Shown: positions 37,978 through 47,245 of the stretch, piece after piece
Numbering within the stretch: position 1 is the first letter of the stretch
How the letters are laid out: the number at the start of each line of letters is the position of its first letter
Notes under the pieces: model-generated
What the model was told of the DNA's origin: nothing
The model's input: the letters and a program-made list of their open reading frames with translations, nothing else
Database searches by the model: none
Translations under genes and position numbers: made by a program
Origin: Kiritimatiellia bacterium
Lineage (GTDB): Bacteria > Verrucomicrobiota > Kiritimatiellia > RFP12 > UBA1067
Direction: 5' to 3'
Assembly: GCA_035449085.1 (NCBI GenBank)
Contig: DAOTKE010000001.1
Coordinates: 1,232-65,231 of the forward strand
Length of the DNA stretch: 64,000 nucleotides

Positions 37978-39765
37978 TTACGCGCGGTTCACGGCGTGGA
38001 ACTTGCAGACCTCGTAGCACTGGCCGCACTTGATACACTTCTCGCCGTCGATCGTGTGCGGTTGCTTGCGTTCACCGGCGATGGCATTGACCGGACAGAC
38101 ACGGGCGCAGGCTGTACAGCCGACGCACTTGTTCTTGTCGATTGTGTAACGCAGCAGGTTCTTGCACTTGCCGGCGCGGCACTTCTTCCCATCGATGTGC
38201 TCCTTATACTCGTCCATGAAGTAGCGGAGGCTCGACTGGACGGGGTTGGAGGCGGTCTGTCCGAGGCCGCACAACGAGGCGCGCGACATCGCCTCACTGA
38301 TCTCGCGCATGTTCTCGATGTCCTCGTGGGTGCCCTTGCCGTCGCAGATCTTGTCGAGGTAGTTGAGCAGCTTGCGTCCGCCGATACGGCACGGCGCGCA
38401 TTTGCCGCAGGACTCGTCGACGGTGAAGTCGAGGTAGAACTTCGCGATGTTCGGGATGCAGTCATCCTCGTCCATCACGATCAGGCCGCCCGAGCCCATG
38501 ATCGAGCCGATCTTCGCGAGGTTCTCGTAGTCGATCGGCGTGTCCAGGAACTGCGGCGGGATCATGCCGCCGGAAGGTCCGCCGGTCTGCGCCGCCTTGA
38601 AGGCCTTTCCGCCGCGGATGCCGCCGCCGATGTCGAAAATGATCTCGCGCAGAGTGGTGCCCATGGGGACTTCGATCAGGCCGGAATTGTTGATCTTGCC
38701 GGTGAGGGCGAAGACCTTGGTGCCCTTCGAGGTCGCGGTGCCGATCTTGCTGAACCAGAGTCCGCCTTTCAGGATGATGACCGGGATGTTCGCCAGCGTC
38801 TCGACGTTGTTGATGACGGTGGGGCGGTCCCAGAGGCCCTTGACCGCGGGGAAGGGCGGGCGGGGACGCGGCATGCCGCGCATGCCTTCGATCGAGGCGA
38901 GCAGCGCCGTCTCTTCACCGCAGACAAAGGCGCCGGCGCCGAGGCGGATCTCGATGTCAAAGGAGAATCCGCTGCCGAGGATGTCTTCGCCGAGCAGACC
39001 GTATTCGCGGGCCTGGGCGATTGCGTTTTCCAGGCGCTGGATCGCGAGCGGGTACTCCGCGCGGATGTAGATGAAGCCCTTGCTGGCACCGATGGCATAG
39101 CCGGCGATGGCCATCGCCTCAAGCACCGAGTGGGGGTCGCCCTCAAGCGTCGAGCGATCCATGTAGGCGCCGGGATCCCCTTCGTCGGCGTTGCAGACCA
39201 TGTACTTCTGACCGGCGGGCTGCAGGGCCGCAAACGACCACTTTTTGCCGGTGGGGAAGCCCGCGCCGCCGCGGCCGCGCAGGCCGGACTTCGAGACTTC
39301 GTCGATCACGTCCTGCGGCTTCATGTCAAAAAGCACCTTTTCCAGTGCCTTGTAGCCGTCACGGGCGATGTATTCGTCGATCTTGTCGGGGTCGATCACG
39401 CCGCAGTTGCGCAGCACGATGCGGAACTGCTTCTGGTAGAAGTCGATGCCCTCGATGCCGACGTTGATCTTGCTCTGGTTCTTGTCGTAGAGCAGGCGGG
39501 AGACCACGCGGCCCTTGATGATGTGCTCTTTGACGATGACTTCAGCGTCCTCGGGTGTAACCTCGACGTAGAAGGTGTCCTGATGCAGGATTTTGACGAT
39601 CGGCCCTTTTTCGCAGAAGCCCAGGCAGCCGGTGCGCACGACCTGCACGTCGTTGACCAGACCGTTCTCTGCGACCGCCTTTTTCAGCGCGTCGAACAGC
39701 GCGATGCCGCGGTTGGACTCGCAGGCCGTTCCGCCGCATACCAAGATGTACTGTTTGTAAGCCAT
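37978..39765 (-). CDS. NADH-binding flavoprotein subunit of bifurcating hydrogenase (NuoF-like; HndC/HydB)
   Basis: Start ATG 39765 (MAYKQYILVCGGTACES, thioredoxin-like 2Fe-2S). GRGGAGFPTG FMN/NADH site. SLBB domain. C-terminal CGKCAPCR plus two 4Fe-4S motifs. Confidence 0.9.
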   Translation of the reverse strand: MAYKQYILVCGGTACESNRGIALFDALKKAVAENGLVNDVQVVRTGCLGFCEKGPIVKILHQDTFYVEVTPEDAEVIVKEHIIKGRVVSRLLYDKNQSKINVGIEGIDFYQKQFRIVLRNCGVIDPDKIDEYIARDGYKALEKVLFDMKPQDVIDEVSKSGLRGRGGAGFPTGKKWSFAALQPAGQKYMVCNADEGDPGAYMDRSTLEGDPHSVLEAMAIAGYAIGASKGFIYIRAEYPLAIQRLENAIAQAREYGLLGEDILGSGFSFDIEIRLGAGAFVCGEETALLASIEGMRGMPRPRPPFPAVKGLWDRPTVINNVETLANIPVIILKGGLWFSKIGTATSKGTKVFALTGKINNSGLIEVPMGTTLREIIFDIGGGIRGGKAFKAAQTGGPSGGMIPPQFLDTPIDYENLAKIGSIMGSGGLIVMDEDDCIPNIAKFYLDFTVDESCGKCAPCRIGGRKLLNYLDKICDGKGTHEDIENMREISEAMSRASLCGLGQTASNPVQSSLRYFMDEYKEHIDGKKCRAGKCKNLLRYTIDKNKCVGCTACARVCPVNAIAGERKQPHTIDGEKCIKCGQCYEVCKFHAVNRA

Positions 39766-39781
39766 GTTGTGTAATCCCCGC

Positions 39782-40171
39782 TTAGCGAACAATGTCCATT
39801 GCCGGCTTGTCGCAGATGTGGTTGTCGATGAGGTGCTTGTTGACGATATGGTCGTTGACGATCTGTTTGCCGACCTCGGCGTTGACATTGCCGTAGATCA
39901 CGACGGGCATGTTGGGGACGATCACCTCCACGGTGGGCTCGGAGTGGCACAGACCCATGCAGCCGGTTTGGCGCACCAGCACATGCGAAATGCCTTTGGC
40001 GTCGAGTTCGTCGATGATCGCGTTGAACGTCTCTTTCGCGCCGGCGGCGATGCCGCAGGTGCCCATGCCGACGATGATCTGCGCGTCCTTGTTGGAGGGG
40101 TCGCGCTTTTCGATCGCCTTTTGTTTCTCATCACGCAGCTTGCGTAAATCATCCAGCGTCAGCTTAGCCAT
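39782..40171 (-). CDS. Thioredoxin-like [2Fe-2S] ferredoxin (HndB-like small subunit)
   Basis: 129 aa. IIVGMGTCGIAAGA...VRQTGCMGLCHSEP cysteine pattern typical of NuoE/HndB-type 2Fe-2S ferredoxins. Confidence 0.65.
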   Translation of the reverse strand: MAKLTLDDLRKLRDEKQKAIEKRDPSNKDAQIIVGMGTCGIAAGAKETFNAIIDELDAKGISHVLVRQTGCMGLCHSEPTVEVIVPNMPVVIYGNVNAEVGKQIVNDHIVNKHLIDNHICDKPAMDIVR

Positions 40172-40188
40172 CGTTCAGTTTCCTTCTT

Positions 40189-40731
40189 TTACGAGTTCAG
40201 ATTCTCTTCTTGGGAACGCACATAGTCGCGGGCCAGGATCAGGTTGTCGATCTCTTCGAGGTTTCCGAGCGCCTCAATCAGTTCGCCGCGCGAGACCCTG
40301 TACCGGTCATTGGGCGTGGTGCGTGTCAGGATCAAGTCGTAGGCCCCGCCGAAGGTCATCAGCCCAAGCAGGGTTTCCGGCAGGTCGCCGAAAGGCGGGG
40401 TATCCAGATGGCGCGCGTCGAGCGTGAAGGCCACGCGGGTTCCCTTGCCCGGTGTCGACTGGATATCCACCGTACCGTTCACTGCGGCGGTTGTCTGCAT
40501 GAGCAGGGGAATGCCCAATCCCACGCGACGTTTGGCGTGTTTGCCCGGCTCGCTGTAAAAGGGATCCTTGGCTTTCGCCAGCGTGCGTGCGTCCATACCC
40601 TTGCCATTGTCCTGAATGCAGACCCGTATCTCTGCGGGATCCGTCGCTACGTCAACCTCGATCCGTGTCGCGTCCGCCTCAATCGCATTCTGCACCAGGT
40701 CGGCGATGATGTCGCAGACAGACGCGTGCAC
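40189..40731 (-). CDS. Histidine-kinase-like ATPase (HATPase_c) domain protein embedded in hydrogenase operon
   Basis: 180 aa. N-box-like DLVQNAIEA, IRVCIQDNGKGMD (G1), GLGIPL (G2). Confidence 0.6.
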   Translation of the reverse strand: MHASVCDIIADLVQNAIEADATRIEVDVATDPAEIRVCIQDNGKGMDARTLAKAKDPFYSEPGKHAKRRVGLGIPLLMQTTAAVNGTVDIQSTPGKGTRVAFTLDARHLDTPPFGDLPETLLGLMTFGGAYDLILTRTTPNDRYRVSRGELIEALGNLEEIDNLILARDYVRSQEENLNS

Positions 40732-40734
40732 GGA

Positions 40735-41229
40735 TCAGCCTTCCCTGAATTTCGCGATGATCCCCTGCAGCGATTCGGTCTTCACCTTGCCGAACACTTC
40801 GCCGTTGATCACCATCACCGGCGCCAAACCGCAACATCCGAGGCAGCGGACCGCCTCCACCGAAAACTCGCCGTCCGGCGTGACGGTGTTGAGGCCAACG
40901 CCCAGGATGCCTTCCAGCTCAGCGATGATGTCATCGCCGCCCTTCAGATAGCAGGCGGTGCCCATGCAAACCTGGATCTGGTTGCGTCCCGGTTTCTTCA
41001 GCTTGAAGAAGTTGTAGAACGTTATGACGCCGTAAATTTTGGCGAGAGGCACGTCGATCAGATCGGCAACCTCAAACGCCACTTCTCGGGGGACAAACCC
41101 AAAATGCTGCTGCACACGGTGCAGGATCATGATCAGGTTGCCTGGCTTCTCTTTCCATTCGGCAATGAAAGCTTTCAGTTCTGGGGTCAGCTTCTGAACG
41201 CCTTGCGCCGTCGTCGGTGCGGTGCTCAC
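40735..41229 (-). CDS. NuoE-like [2Fe-2S] subunit of bifurcating hydrogenase (HndA/HydC)
   Basis: GTG start 41229 with RBS GGAGGTG. CMGTACYLKGG...CLGCCGLAP cysteine motif of NuoE/24-kDa family. Confidence 0.85.
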   Translation of the reverse strand: MSTAPTTAQGVQKLTPELKAFIAEWKEKPGNLIMILHRVQQHFGFVPREVAFEVADLIDVPLAKIYGVITFYNFFKLKKPGRNQIQVCMGTACYLKGGDDIIAELEGILGVGLNTVTPDGEFSVEAVRCLGCCGLAPVMVINGEVFGKVKTESLQGIIAKFREG

Positions 41230-41256
41230 GGTGTTTCACCTCCGCATTACCCGGGA

Positions 41257-41272
41257 CCTGTACCGCTACAGG
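41257..41272. promoter_or_regulatory. Inverted repeat CCTGTA-CCGC-TACAGG in hydrogenase-operon leader (candidate operator)
   Basis: 28-43 nt upstream of the operon's first start codon. Shares the CCTGTA/TACAGG half-sites with the 33494 palindrome. Confidence 0.25.
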
Positions 41273-41380
41273 ACACGGGGGGGTTACTCAAAAAAGATCG
41301 CGTGAGTATCTCAAAAACGGCCTGAACTTGCCAAGCTGAAATAGAACCTTTTTTATCGAACCAAAAATATCGATATGCCG

Positions 41381-42427
41381 TCACGCCATCGGGCAGCTTG
41401 TCTCGGCGGCCATGTAGTCACCGGTGGCGGCATAGGCGCGCGCCCGGCAGCCGCCGCATCCGTGGCGGAAAGCGCACCGACCGCACGCGCCGCGGTAACA
41501 GTCGGGCTGCCGCAGATCATTGAAGACCGGCGAGGTCTCGTAGGCGCGGCGGAAATCGAACCCATGCTCGCGCAGGTCGCCGCTGGGCACGTCGAGGAAT
41601 CCGCACGGCTGCAGGATGCCGGTGTGGGAGATGAAGACAAAACCGCGGCCGCCCATGCAGCCGGCAGGCGGCTGTCCGGGCTTGCCCAGCGCGTGCCAGA
41701 TCCGCACGGCTTGCGGCGCACACGTCTCACGCACGCGGATCGGGCCTTGGCGGTCCATTTCGAAGGCCCAGCGCAGGACGGCCTCTGCCTCGTCCGCAGG
41801 TAACGCGAGATCGCGCAGGCCGGCACCGCGCCCGACCGGCACCAGGAAGAAAAGGTCGAGCGTGCGCGCGCCGCGCGCGATCGCCTGTTCGCGGATGGCC
41901 GGCAGCGCGTCGCGGTTGAGCCGTGAGACGGTGGTGTTCACCTGGAAGGGCATGCCGATCTCTTGCGCGATGGACATGGCGCGCGTGACGTTGTCGAACG
42001 CGCCGGCTACGCCGCGGAAGGCGTCGTGATCTGCGGCGCAAGCGCCGTCGAGGCTGAAGCTGCATGCCATGACGCCGGCCTCTTGCAGGGCCAGCAGTCG
42101 GTCGCGGGTGACCAGCGTGCCGCACGGCGCCATGACCGAGCGCAAGCCGCGCGTCGCGGCGGCGCGCACGAGGTCGAGGATGTCGGGCCGTGCCATCGGC
42201 TCACCGCCGGTCCAGATGATCATCGGCCGGCAGAACGCGGCGAGGGAGTCCAGCACGCGCAGGCATTCGCCGGTCGTCAGCTCATGGTCATAGGCGCGGT
42301 CCTGGGCGCCGGCGCGGCAGTGGCGGCAGGCCAGCGGACAGCGGCGCGTGACTTCCCATGCGATCACGCGGGGCGTACCGGCGGGCGCTTCAGCGGCGGT
42401 GTGTCCATGGGGGGGGCGTGCGTTCAT
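41381..42427 (-). CDS. Radical SAM/SPASM-domain enzyme, NirJ/AhbC-AhbD-like (copy 2)
   Basis: 348 aa. CPLACRHC (CxxxCxxC), GGEPM SAM motif. C-terminal SPASM cysteines CGRCAFRHGCGGC..C. Confidence 0.75.
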   Translation of the reverse strand: MNARPPHGHTAAEAPAGTPRVIAWEVTRRCPLACRHCRAGAQDRAYDHELTTGECLRVLDSLAAFCRPMIIWTGGEPMARPDILDLVRAAATRGLRSVMAPCGTLVTRDRLLALQEAGVMACSFSLDGACAADHDAFRGVAGAFDNVTRAMSIAQEIGMPFQVNTTVSRLNRDALPAIREQAIARGARTLDLFFLVPVGRGAGLRDLALPADEAEAVLRWAFEMDRQGPIRVRETCAPQAVRIWHALGKPGQPPAGCMGGRGFVFISHTGILQPCGFLDVPSGDLREHGFDFRRAYETSPVFNDLRQPDCYRGACGRCAFRHGCGGCRARAYAATGDYMAAETSCPMA

Positions 42428-43611
42428 GAGCGGGCAGGCGCGATTTCTTCGTCTGTCAAATAACAGGCCGGATCCACGCCCCAGATGTCGCCGGTGGCGG
42501 CCTCGGCGCGCGCGCGGAAGTTGCCGCCGCAGACATCGAGAAAACGGCAGGCCACGCAGCGTCCTGTGACGTGCTGCTTTTTGGCGCGCAACTGAGCGAG
42601 CAGGCTGTCCGGCGCGGGCTCACCCCAGATTTTGCTGAAGGGGGTTTGGCGCACGTTCCCGAGCGGCTTGTTGCGCCAGAACTGATCCGGGTAAACGGTG
42701 CCGTCCCAGCTGATGCATCCGATGCCGTGGCCGGTGCTGTTGCCGCCGTTCATGCGCAGCAGTGTCATCACTTCGTCGGCGCGCGGATTCTGTTCGCGCA
42801 GCATGCGCAGATAGAGGTAGGGGCCGTCGCAATGGTTGTCCACGGTGAGCACCTCCACCGGGAAACCGCGCCTGTGCAGCCGTGCGGTGCGGTCGATGAT
42901 CAGATCCAGTGTGGCGCGGCGCTGCTCCGGCGCGAGGTCGTGCGACGCGATGTCGGCGCCGCGGCCGCAGTAGACCAGATGGTAGAGGCAGATGCGCGGA
43001 ATGCGTTCGGCCTCCATCAAATCAAAGATCGCCGGAATGTCGGCGACGTTGTCGCGGGTCATGGTGACGCGCAGACCGACCTTGATACCGGCCTCACGGC
43101 AGGCGCGGATGCCGGCCACGGAACGCTGGAACGCGCCGGGGCAAACGCGGAAACGGTCGTGCGTGGCCTCGCTGCCGTCGATGCTGATACCGACATACGA
43201 GACGCCGATCGCCTGAATCTGCGCGGCGAGCGCGGCGTCGATCAGGGTGCCGTTCGTCGAAAAGACCACACGCAGGCCCTTGCCGACGGCGTGGCGCGCG
43301 AGATCCAGAATGTCAGGCCGGATGAAGGGCTCGCCGCCCGAAAAGAGCAGGACGGGGCAGCCGAAGGCGGCCAGATCATCGATCAGGGCAAACGCCTCTT
43401 CAGTGGTCAGTTCGTCGGAGCTGCCTTGGGCTGCGGCATAGCAGTGGGTGCAGGCCAGGTTGCATGCAGAGGTGACGTTCCAGACGGCCACCGGCTTCTT
43501 GTCGGCGGAAAACTGCAGCAGATGGCTGGGCAGCTTAGAGGAATGACGGCCGTAACGCAGGGGGTCGGACACTTCGACCTGGCCCATGTAGAGCTTGGAA
43601 ATCCCGATCAT
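42424..43611 (-). CDS. Radical SAM/SPASM-domain enzyme, NirJ/AhbC-AhbD-like (copy 1)
   Basis: True start ATG 43611 (MIGISKLYMGQVEVSDPLRYGR). CNLACTHC, SGGEPF, C-terminal CVACRFLDVCGG..C. ATGA overlaps at both ends. Confidence 0.75.
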   Translation of the reverse strand: MIGISKLYMGQVEVSDPLRYGRHSSKLPSHLLQFSADKKPVAVWNVTSACNLACTHCYAAAQGSSDELTTEEAFALIDDLAAFGCPVLLFSGGEPFIRPDILDLARHAVGKGLRVVFSTNGTLIDAALAAQIQAIGVSYVGISIDGSEATHDRFRVCPGAFQRSVAGIRACREAGIKVGLRVTMTRDNVADIPAIFDLMEAERIPRICLYHLVYCGRGADIASHDLAPEQRRATLDLIIDRTARLHRRGFPVEVLTVDNHCDGPYLYLRMLREQNPRADEVMTLLRMNGGNSTGHGIGCISWDGTVYPDQFWRNKPLGNVRQTPFSKIWGEPAPDSLLAQLRAKKQHVTGRCVACRFLDVCGGNFRARAEAATGDIWGVDPACYLTDEEIAPARS

Positions 43612-46061
43612 GGATTCACCTTGTTTTCGTGGGTGGTTGGGAGGGGCGGCACAGCGGCGGTTGCAGCGGGCATGTCGCTGGTCAAGGGCTCGCGCACCGA
43701 AAAGGTGACTGGCGCGGAACCCACGACGAGACCGTTGGTGGTGGCGGCGGCGGCCCAGAGCGTGTAACGGCCGGTGCCGAGGCGCGACTGCGGCGGGCCT
43801 TTCTCGACGGTGGCCGAGCAGACGGGGGTCGCGGAGCAACCGAGACGCTTGTGGTCGAGAAACAGCGCGAGGAGACTGATGCCGACAGACGCATCGGCCT
43901 CGGCGCGCGCGGTCACAAAGGCGGGGCCGTCGATCACGCTGTCCGGAGCCGGCAACGTCACACGCACTTGCGGGATTGGGGCGCCGTCGGTCGAAACGCG
44001 GAATGTGACAGATATGTTTTTTTCGTGAAAGCGGCGATCGGCCGAGGTGGTCGTCACGACGACCGGCAAGATGCCTTTGGCGTAGTCGGCGGCGGTCGGC
44101 GCGAGTTGGACAGGGCTGCCGCTGTCGTTGTCGGGTGAGAAATAGATCTCTTGTGTGAATCGGCCGTTCTGCGCGATGCGGGCGCACACGATTTCACTGG
44201 GGCGCGTGGTCGGACGCAGCAGCACGGTATAACCGGTACTGGGCGAAACCGCTGTGCGGTCAAAAACCAATGATCCCGGCGAATGATCGTCGAGATTGAG
44301 CAGGAAGGGACGCAGATCGTTTGCGCCATCGATCCCTTTGTCTTCGGACTGGACGCTGGCCATCATATGGAAAAAAAGCGAGGGCGTGTTCGTGGCAGGC
44401 AAGACACGGATGGTTTGTTCGATGTCGAAGTTGTCCGGTGTGAAGACCAGCGACTCGCGCGAGAGTTGGGCGACACCCGGGATGTCGGTGGCGCAGAAGA
44501 CACGGGCCTCGCGTGTGGGGCGATCCCGTAACCGGATGCCGACGAACCCGGGCCTGTCGGTGTCGATGCGGTAGGTGCCGCTGCTCATGAGGATGGCGTT
44601 GACCGGTTCACGCAGTGTGGCGAGTTGGCGCATGGTGTCGAAGCCGATGCGGGCGCAGCGGTCATGCAGGCCGAGCGGGTGGTCGGCGTTGGCGTGCCGC
44701 GGCTTCGCCTTTTCGGGAGGCGGCACATAACGGTCCGTCACCGTGGTGTAGAGCATGTTGGCGAGCATGTAGGTCAACCAGTCGTTGACGCGTCCGGGGT
44801 GGGGCGGCCGGACAAGAGAGGCGTCGGTCTGGTAGGCGCGGGCCCAGGCGAGCGGATAGGGGATAAAGGCCATGCCGCGTGCTTTGGCGAATTCATAACC
44901 TTCGATCAGGATGGTTTCAAGGCGGCGCAGGGTGGCGAGTCCGTCCGGGTCGTCTGCCGGTGTGCGGCAGAAGACGGCCGTGCAGGGGGGCGGCTGATTG
45001 GTAGGGGGCTGGCTCAGCGATGTGTAGAGCTGGGGATCGGCGTAAAGGCTCATCTGTTGCATGTCGCCGTACACGAGGTCAAAGGCCGAAGCATAACGGT
45101 CAAAACCGTCGGAATACCAGTCGGCGGGCGTTTTCCAGAACCACTCCTGGAAAGCGGAGTCCAGGATGAACAGAAGGTTTTGGCGCAGGGGATCATCGGA
45201 GACGGTGTTGGGCACATAGATTTTGAGCCGGTGTTTGATGCGCGGCTCGATGCGCACGACACCCGAAAAGGGGCCGCTGTAGTGACGGGTCGTGCGCGCG
45301 ATCGAGACCGCATCGCGCGCGGAGAGTGCGAGCGCTTCGGTGGTGCGCCGGGTGGTCCAGTAGGTTTCGAGTGCTCCCTTGGGGATGCGCCCGCCCACGA
45401 GTTGGATATAGACGGTGGCGGCGGTCAGGTAGGCGCAGGCGCGGGCGCGTACCGGCGAGGTGCCGGGCAGACGGTTGCGGGCCAGGGTTTCTTGCCAAGC
45501 AAAGGCGGCAGGCACCACTTCCACGCCGCAACCGTCACCGACACGGTAGACCGTCTCTGCGATGGCGGGCAGGCGTTTATCGCGGAATGAGGTGCCGGGT
45601 TTGCTCATGACGGCCAGTGCCGTGCGCAGTCCGGCCGTGCGCGCCTGCGCATTGATCGCGCGGACGCCCTCGAAAAAGAACTCGGGATAGTCACTGACGC
45701 AAGCCTCGTGTTCCGCGAGCACGAGCAGGTCATACCCGCCGCTGAAAAGTTGCGCACGCTCGGCCTGGGTGTCCGGATGGTACCACCAGCCCATCAATGT
45801 GCGGGTGAGTGTGACCGGTACGAACGCGACCCGCACCGGCTTGCCGGGCTTGGCGGCTTTGAGCATGCTTTCGAGATCGGAACAGATATCGGCGGCGTCA
45901 ATCCCGCCGGCCTGCTGCGGCGTGGAGAGCCATGCCACGCGGATGAAGCCGTCGGCGTTGCGGTCGAGGTCAGACACTGATGCCTGTGACGGGCGCGGAG
46001 CAACCGTAGCCGCCAGCGCGGCCAGCCATCCGATGATCGGTATCCACAGCCGCTGGGTCAT
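43608..46061 (-). CDS. Secreted hypothetical protein (817 aa) with C-terminal Ig-like region
   Basis: True start ATG 46061 (MTQRLWIPIIGWLAALAATVA signal peptide) with RBS AGGAG. The upstream ORF extension is an antisense shadow. No recognisable catalytic motif. Confidence 0.55.
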   Translation of the reverse strand: MTQRLWIPIIGWLAALAATVAPRPSQASVSDLDRNADGFIRVAWLSTPQQAGGIDAADICSDLESMLKAAKPGKPVRVAFVPVTLTRTLMGWWYHPDTQAERAQLFSGGYDLLVLAEHEACVSDYPEFFFEGVRAINAQARTAGLRTALAVMSKPGTSFRDKRLPAIAETVYRVGDGCGVEVVPAAFAWQETLARNRLPGTSPVRARACAYLTAATVYIQLVGGRIPKGALETYWTTRRTTEALALSARDAVSIARTTRHYSGPFSGVVRIEPRIKHRLKIYVPNTVSDDPLRQNLLFILDSAFQEWFWKTPADWYSDGFDRYASAFDLVYGDMQQMSLYADPQLYTSLSQPPTNQPPPCTAVFCRTPADDPDGLATLRRLETILIEGYEFAKARGMAFIPYPLAWARAYQTDASLVRPPHPGRVNDWLTYMLANMLYTTVTDRYVPPPEKAKPRHANADHPLGLHDRCARIGFDTMRQLATLREPVNAILMSSGTYRIDTDRPGFVGIRLRDRPTREARVFCATDIPGVAQLSRESLVFTPDNFDIEQTIRVLPATNTPSLFFHMMASVQSEDKGIDGANDLRPFLLNLDDHSPGSLVFDRTAVSPSTGYTVLLRPTTRPSEIVCARIAQNGRFTQEIYFSPDNDSGSPVQLAPTAADYAKGILPVVVTTTSADRRFHEKNISVTFRVSTDGAPIPQVRVTLPAPDSVIDGPAFVTARAEADASVGISLLALFLDHKRLGCSATPVCSATVEKGPPQSRLGTGRYTLWAAAATTNGLVVGSAPVTFSVREPLTSDMPAATAAVPPLPTTHENKVNP

Positions 46062-47197
46062 CGTGCTCCTGCCGCAGCCGGACGCACGGGGCCGGCCTTC
46101 GAAAGGGGTTTGCCGATAATCCGCAGCAGGGTGGTTTCCAGAAGAAACATTTCGGGCAGCGCGCACGACACGAGCTTTTCGCGCAGATCCAAGATGCGGT
46201 AGCGCGCCACGCGGAGTTCCTGAAGCGTAAAGTTGAGGGCGTGGGGCAGCTTCTTCTTCAACGCCCACGTCCCGGTTGCGGTCGGGTTGACCGGCAACGC
46301 CTGCAGCAGCGCGGCCGCTTCGGGCGGCAGGTTCTTGCTCCAGCCGCAAGCGCCGCCCGTGCCGCCATAGACCCATTTGCGGTCATGGGCCTCGCGCAGA
46401 ATCAGCAGATCGCGCACCGTTTTTTCAAGCATCGAGGCGAGCATGACGCCGATGCCGCGCTGGCCGCTCAAGCGCTTGAGGGTCGTGAGGACGCCCAAGG
46501 CGTTGCGTTCGCCAAAGGCGTCGAGTAGATCCCAGGCCTCCGCCTCGCGGCCGATGGAGGTGATCTCGCGCACGTCGTTCACGGTGACACGCTGATTGGC
46601 CCCCACGTAGAGCCGCAGCTTCTCGATCTCGCTCACCAAGAGCCGCGTGTCGCAGCCGACGCGCGTCAGAAATTCGGTGCGTGCGGCCGCATCAACGGTG
46701 AGTCCCGCCTGAGCGAACAGGTCGTCTGCACGTTTCCCGGCCAGTTCTTCAAGTTCCCATGCCTTGAGGCCGTTCCCGAAGTCCTGCACCACGCCGTGCT
46801 GCTGGCAGGTTTTGAAAAAAATGGAGCTACGCAACACTTTGGTCGTCGTGATGATCAAAGACTGTCCTTCGAGCAGGCCGCCTTTCAGCCAGGCGACGAG
46901 CTTCTGGACGGCCTCTTTGGCGGCGATCGATTCGGAGCTGCGTCCGTTGCCAGGAAGAAAGGTCACATCGCGGAACCAGGTGACTTTGGTGGATCCGAAA
47001 AAGCCGGGTGTCTGCACCGATTCCAGACAGGCGTCCACGGCCTTGCTGATCTCATCGGAAGTGTCGCGGTGGCCATCCACGGTCTCGACGCCAAACGCGC
47101 GATCTGACTCCGGTACGAGTTGGTTGATCCTCTCGCGCGCAGCCATATCGACGAGATAATCGTCGTCACCGCAAATAAGACACAGTTTCCCTTCCAT
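46058..47197 (-). CDS. holA: DNA polymerase III subunit delta (HolA)
   Basis: 379 aa. Conserved pattern ..LICGDDDYL.., EIEKLRLYVG, WDLLDAF. Confidence 0.7.
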   Translation of the reverse strand: MEGKLCLICGDDDYLVDMAARERINQLVPESDRAFGVETVDGHRDTSDEISKAVDACLESVQTPGFFGSTKVTWFRDVTFLPGNGRSSESIAAKEAVQKLVAWLKGGLLEGQSLIITTTKVLRSSIFFKTCQQHGVVQDFGNGLKAWELEELAGKRADDLFAQAGLTVDAAARTEFLTRVGCDTRLLVSEIEKLRLYVGANQRVTVNDVREITSIGREAEAWDLLDAFGERNALGVLTTLKRLSGQRGIGVMLASMLEKTVRDLLILREAHDRKWVYGGTGGACGWSKNLPPEAAALLQALPVNPTATGTWALKKKLPHALNFTLQELRVARYRILDLREKLVSCALPEMFLLETTLLRIIGKPLSKAGPVRPAAAGAR

Positions 47198-47245
47198 AGG
47201 CCCACCAGTATAGTGAATGCCGTCGCGGTTGGCGAGACGCCAATC

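Noticed and set aside
36125-39774. Plus-strand ORFs 36125..38017 and 37996..39774 opposite hydA and the NuoF-like gene
   Set aside because: Antisense shadows of genes with definitive H-cluster and NuoF motifs.
41381-43611. Possibility that the two radical SAM genes are the hydrogenase maturases HydE/HydG
   Set aside because: Both have C-terminal SPASM/twitch cysteine clusters and NirJ-like N-termini. HydE/HydG are biotin-synthase/ThiH-like without SPASM domains. No hydF GTPase present.
43608-46061. 817-aa secreted protein considered as a sulfatase substrate of an anSME-like rSAM
   Set aside because: No C/S-x-P-x-R formylglycine motif found in the sequence.
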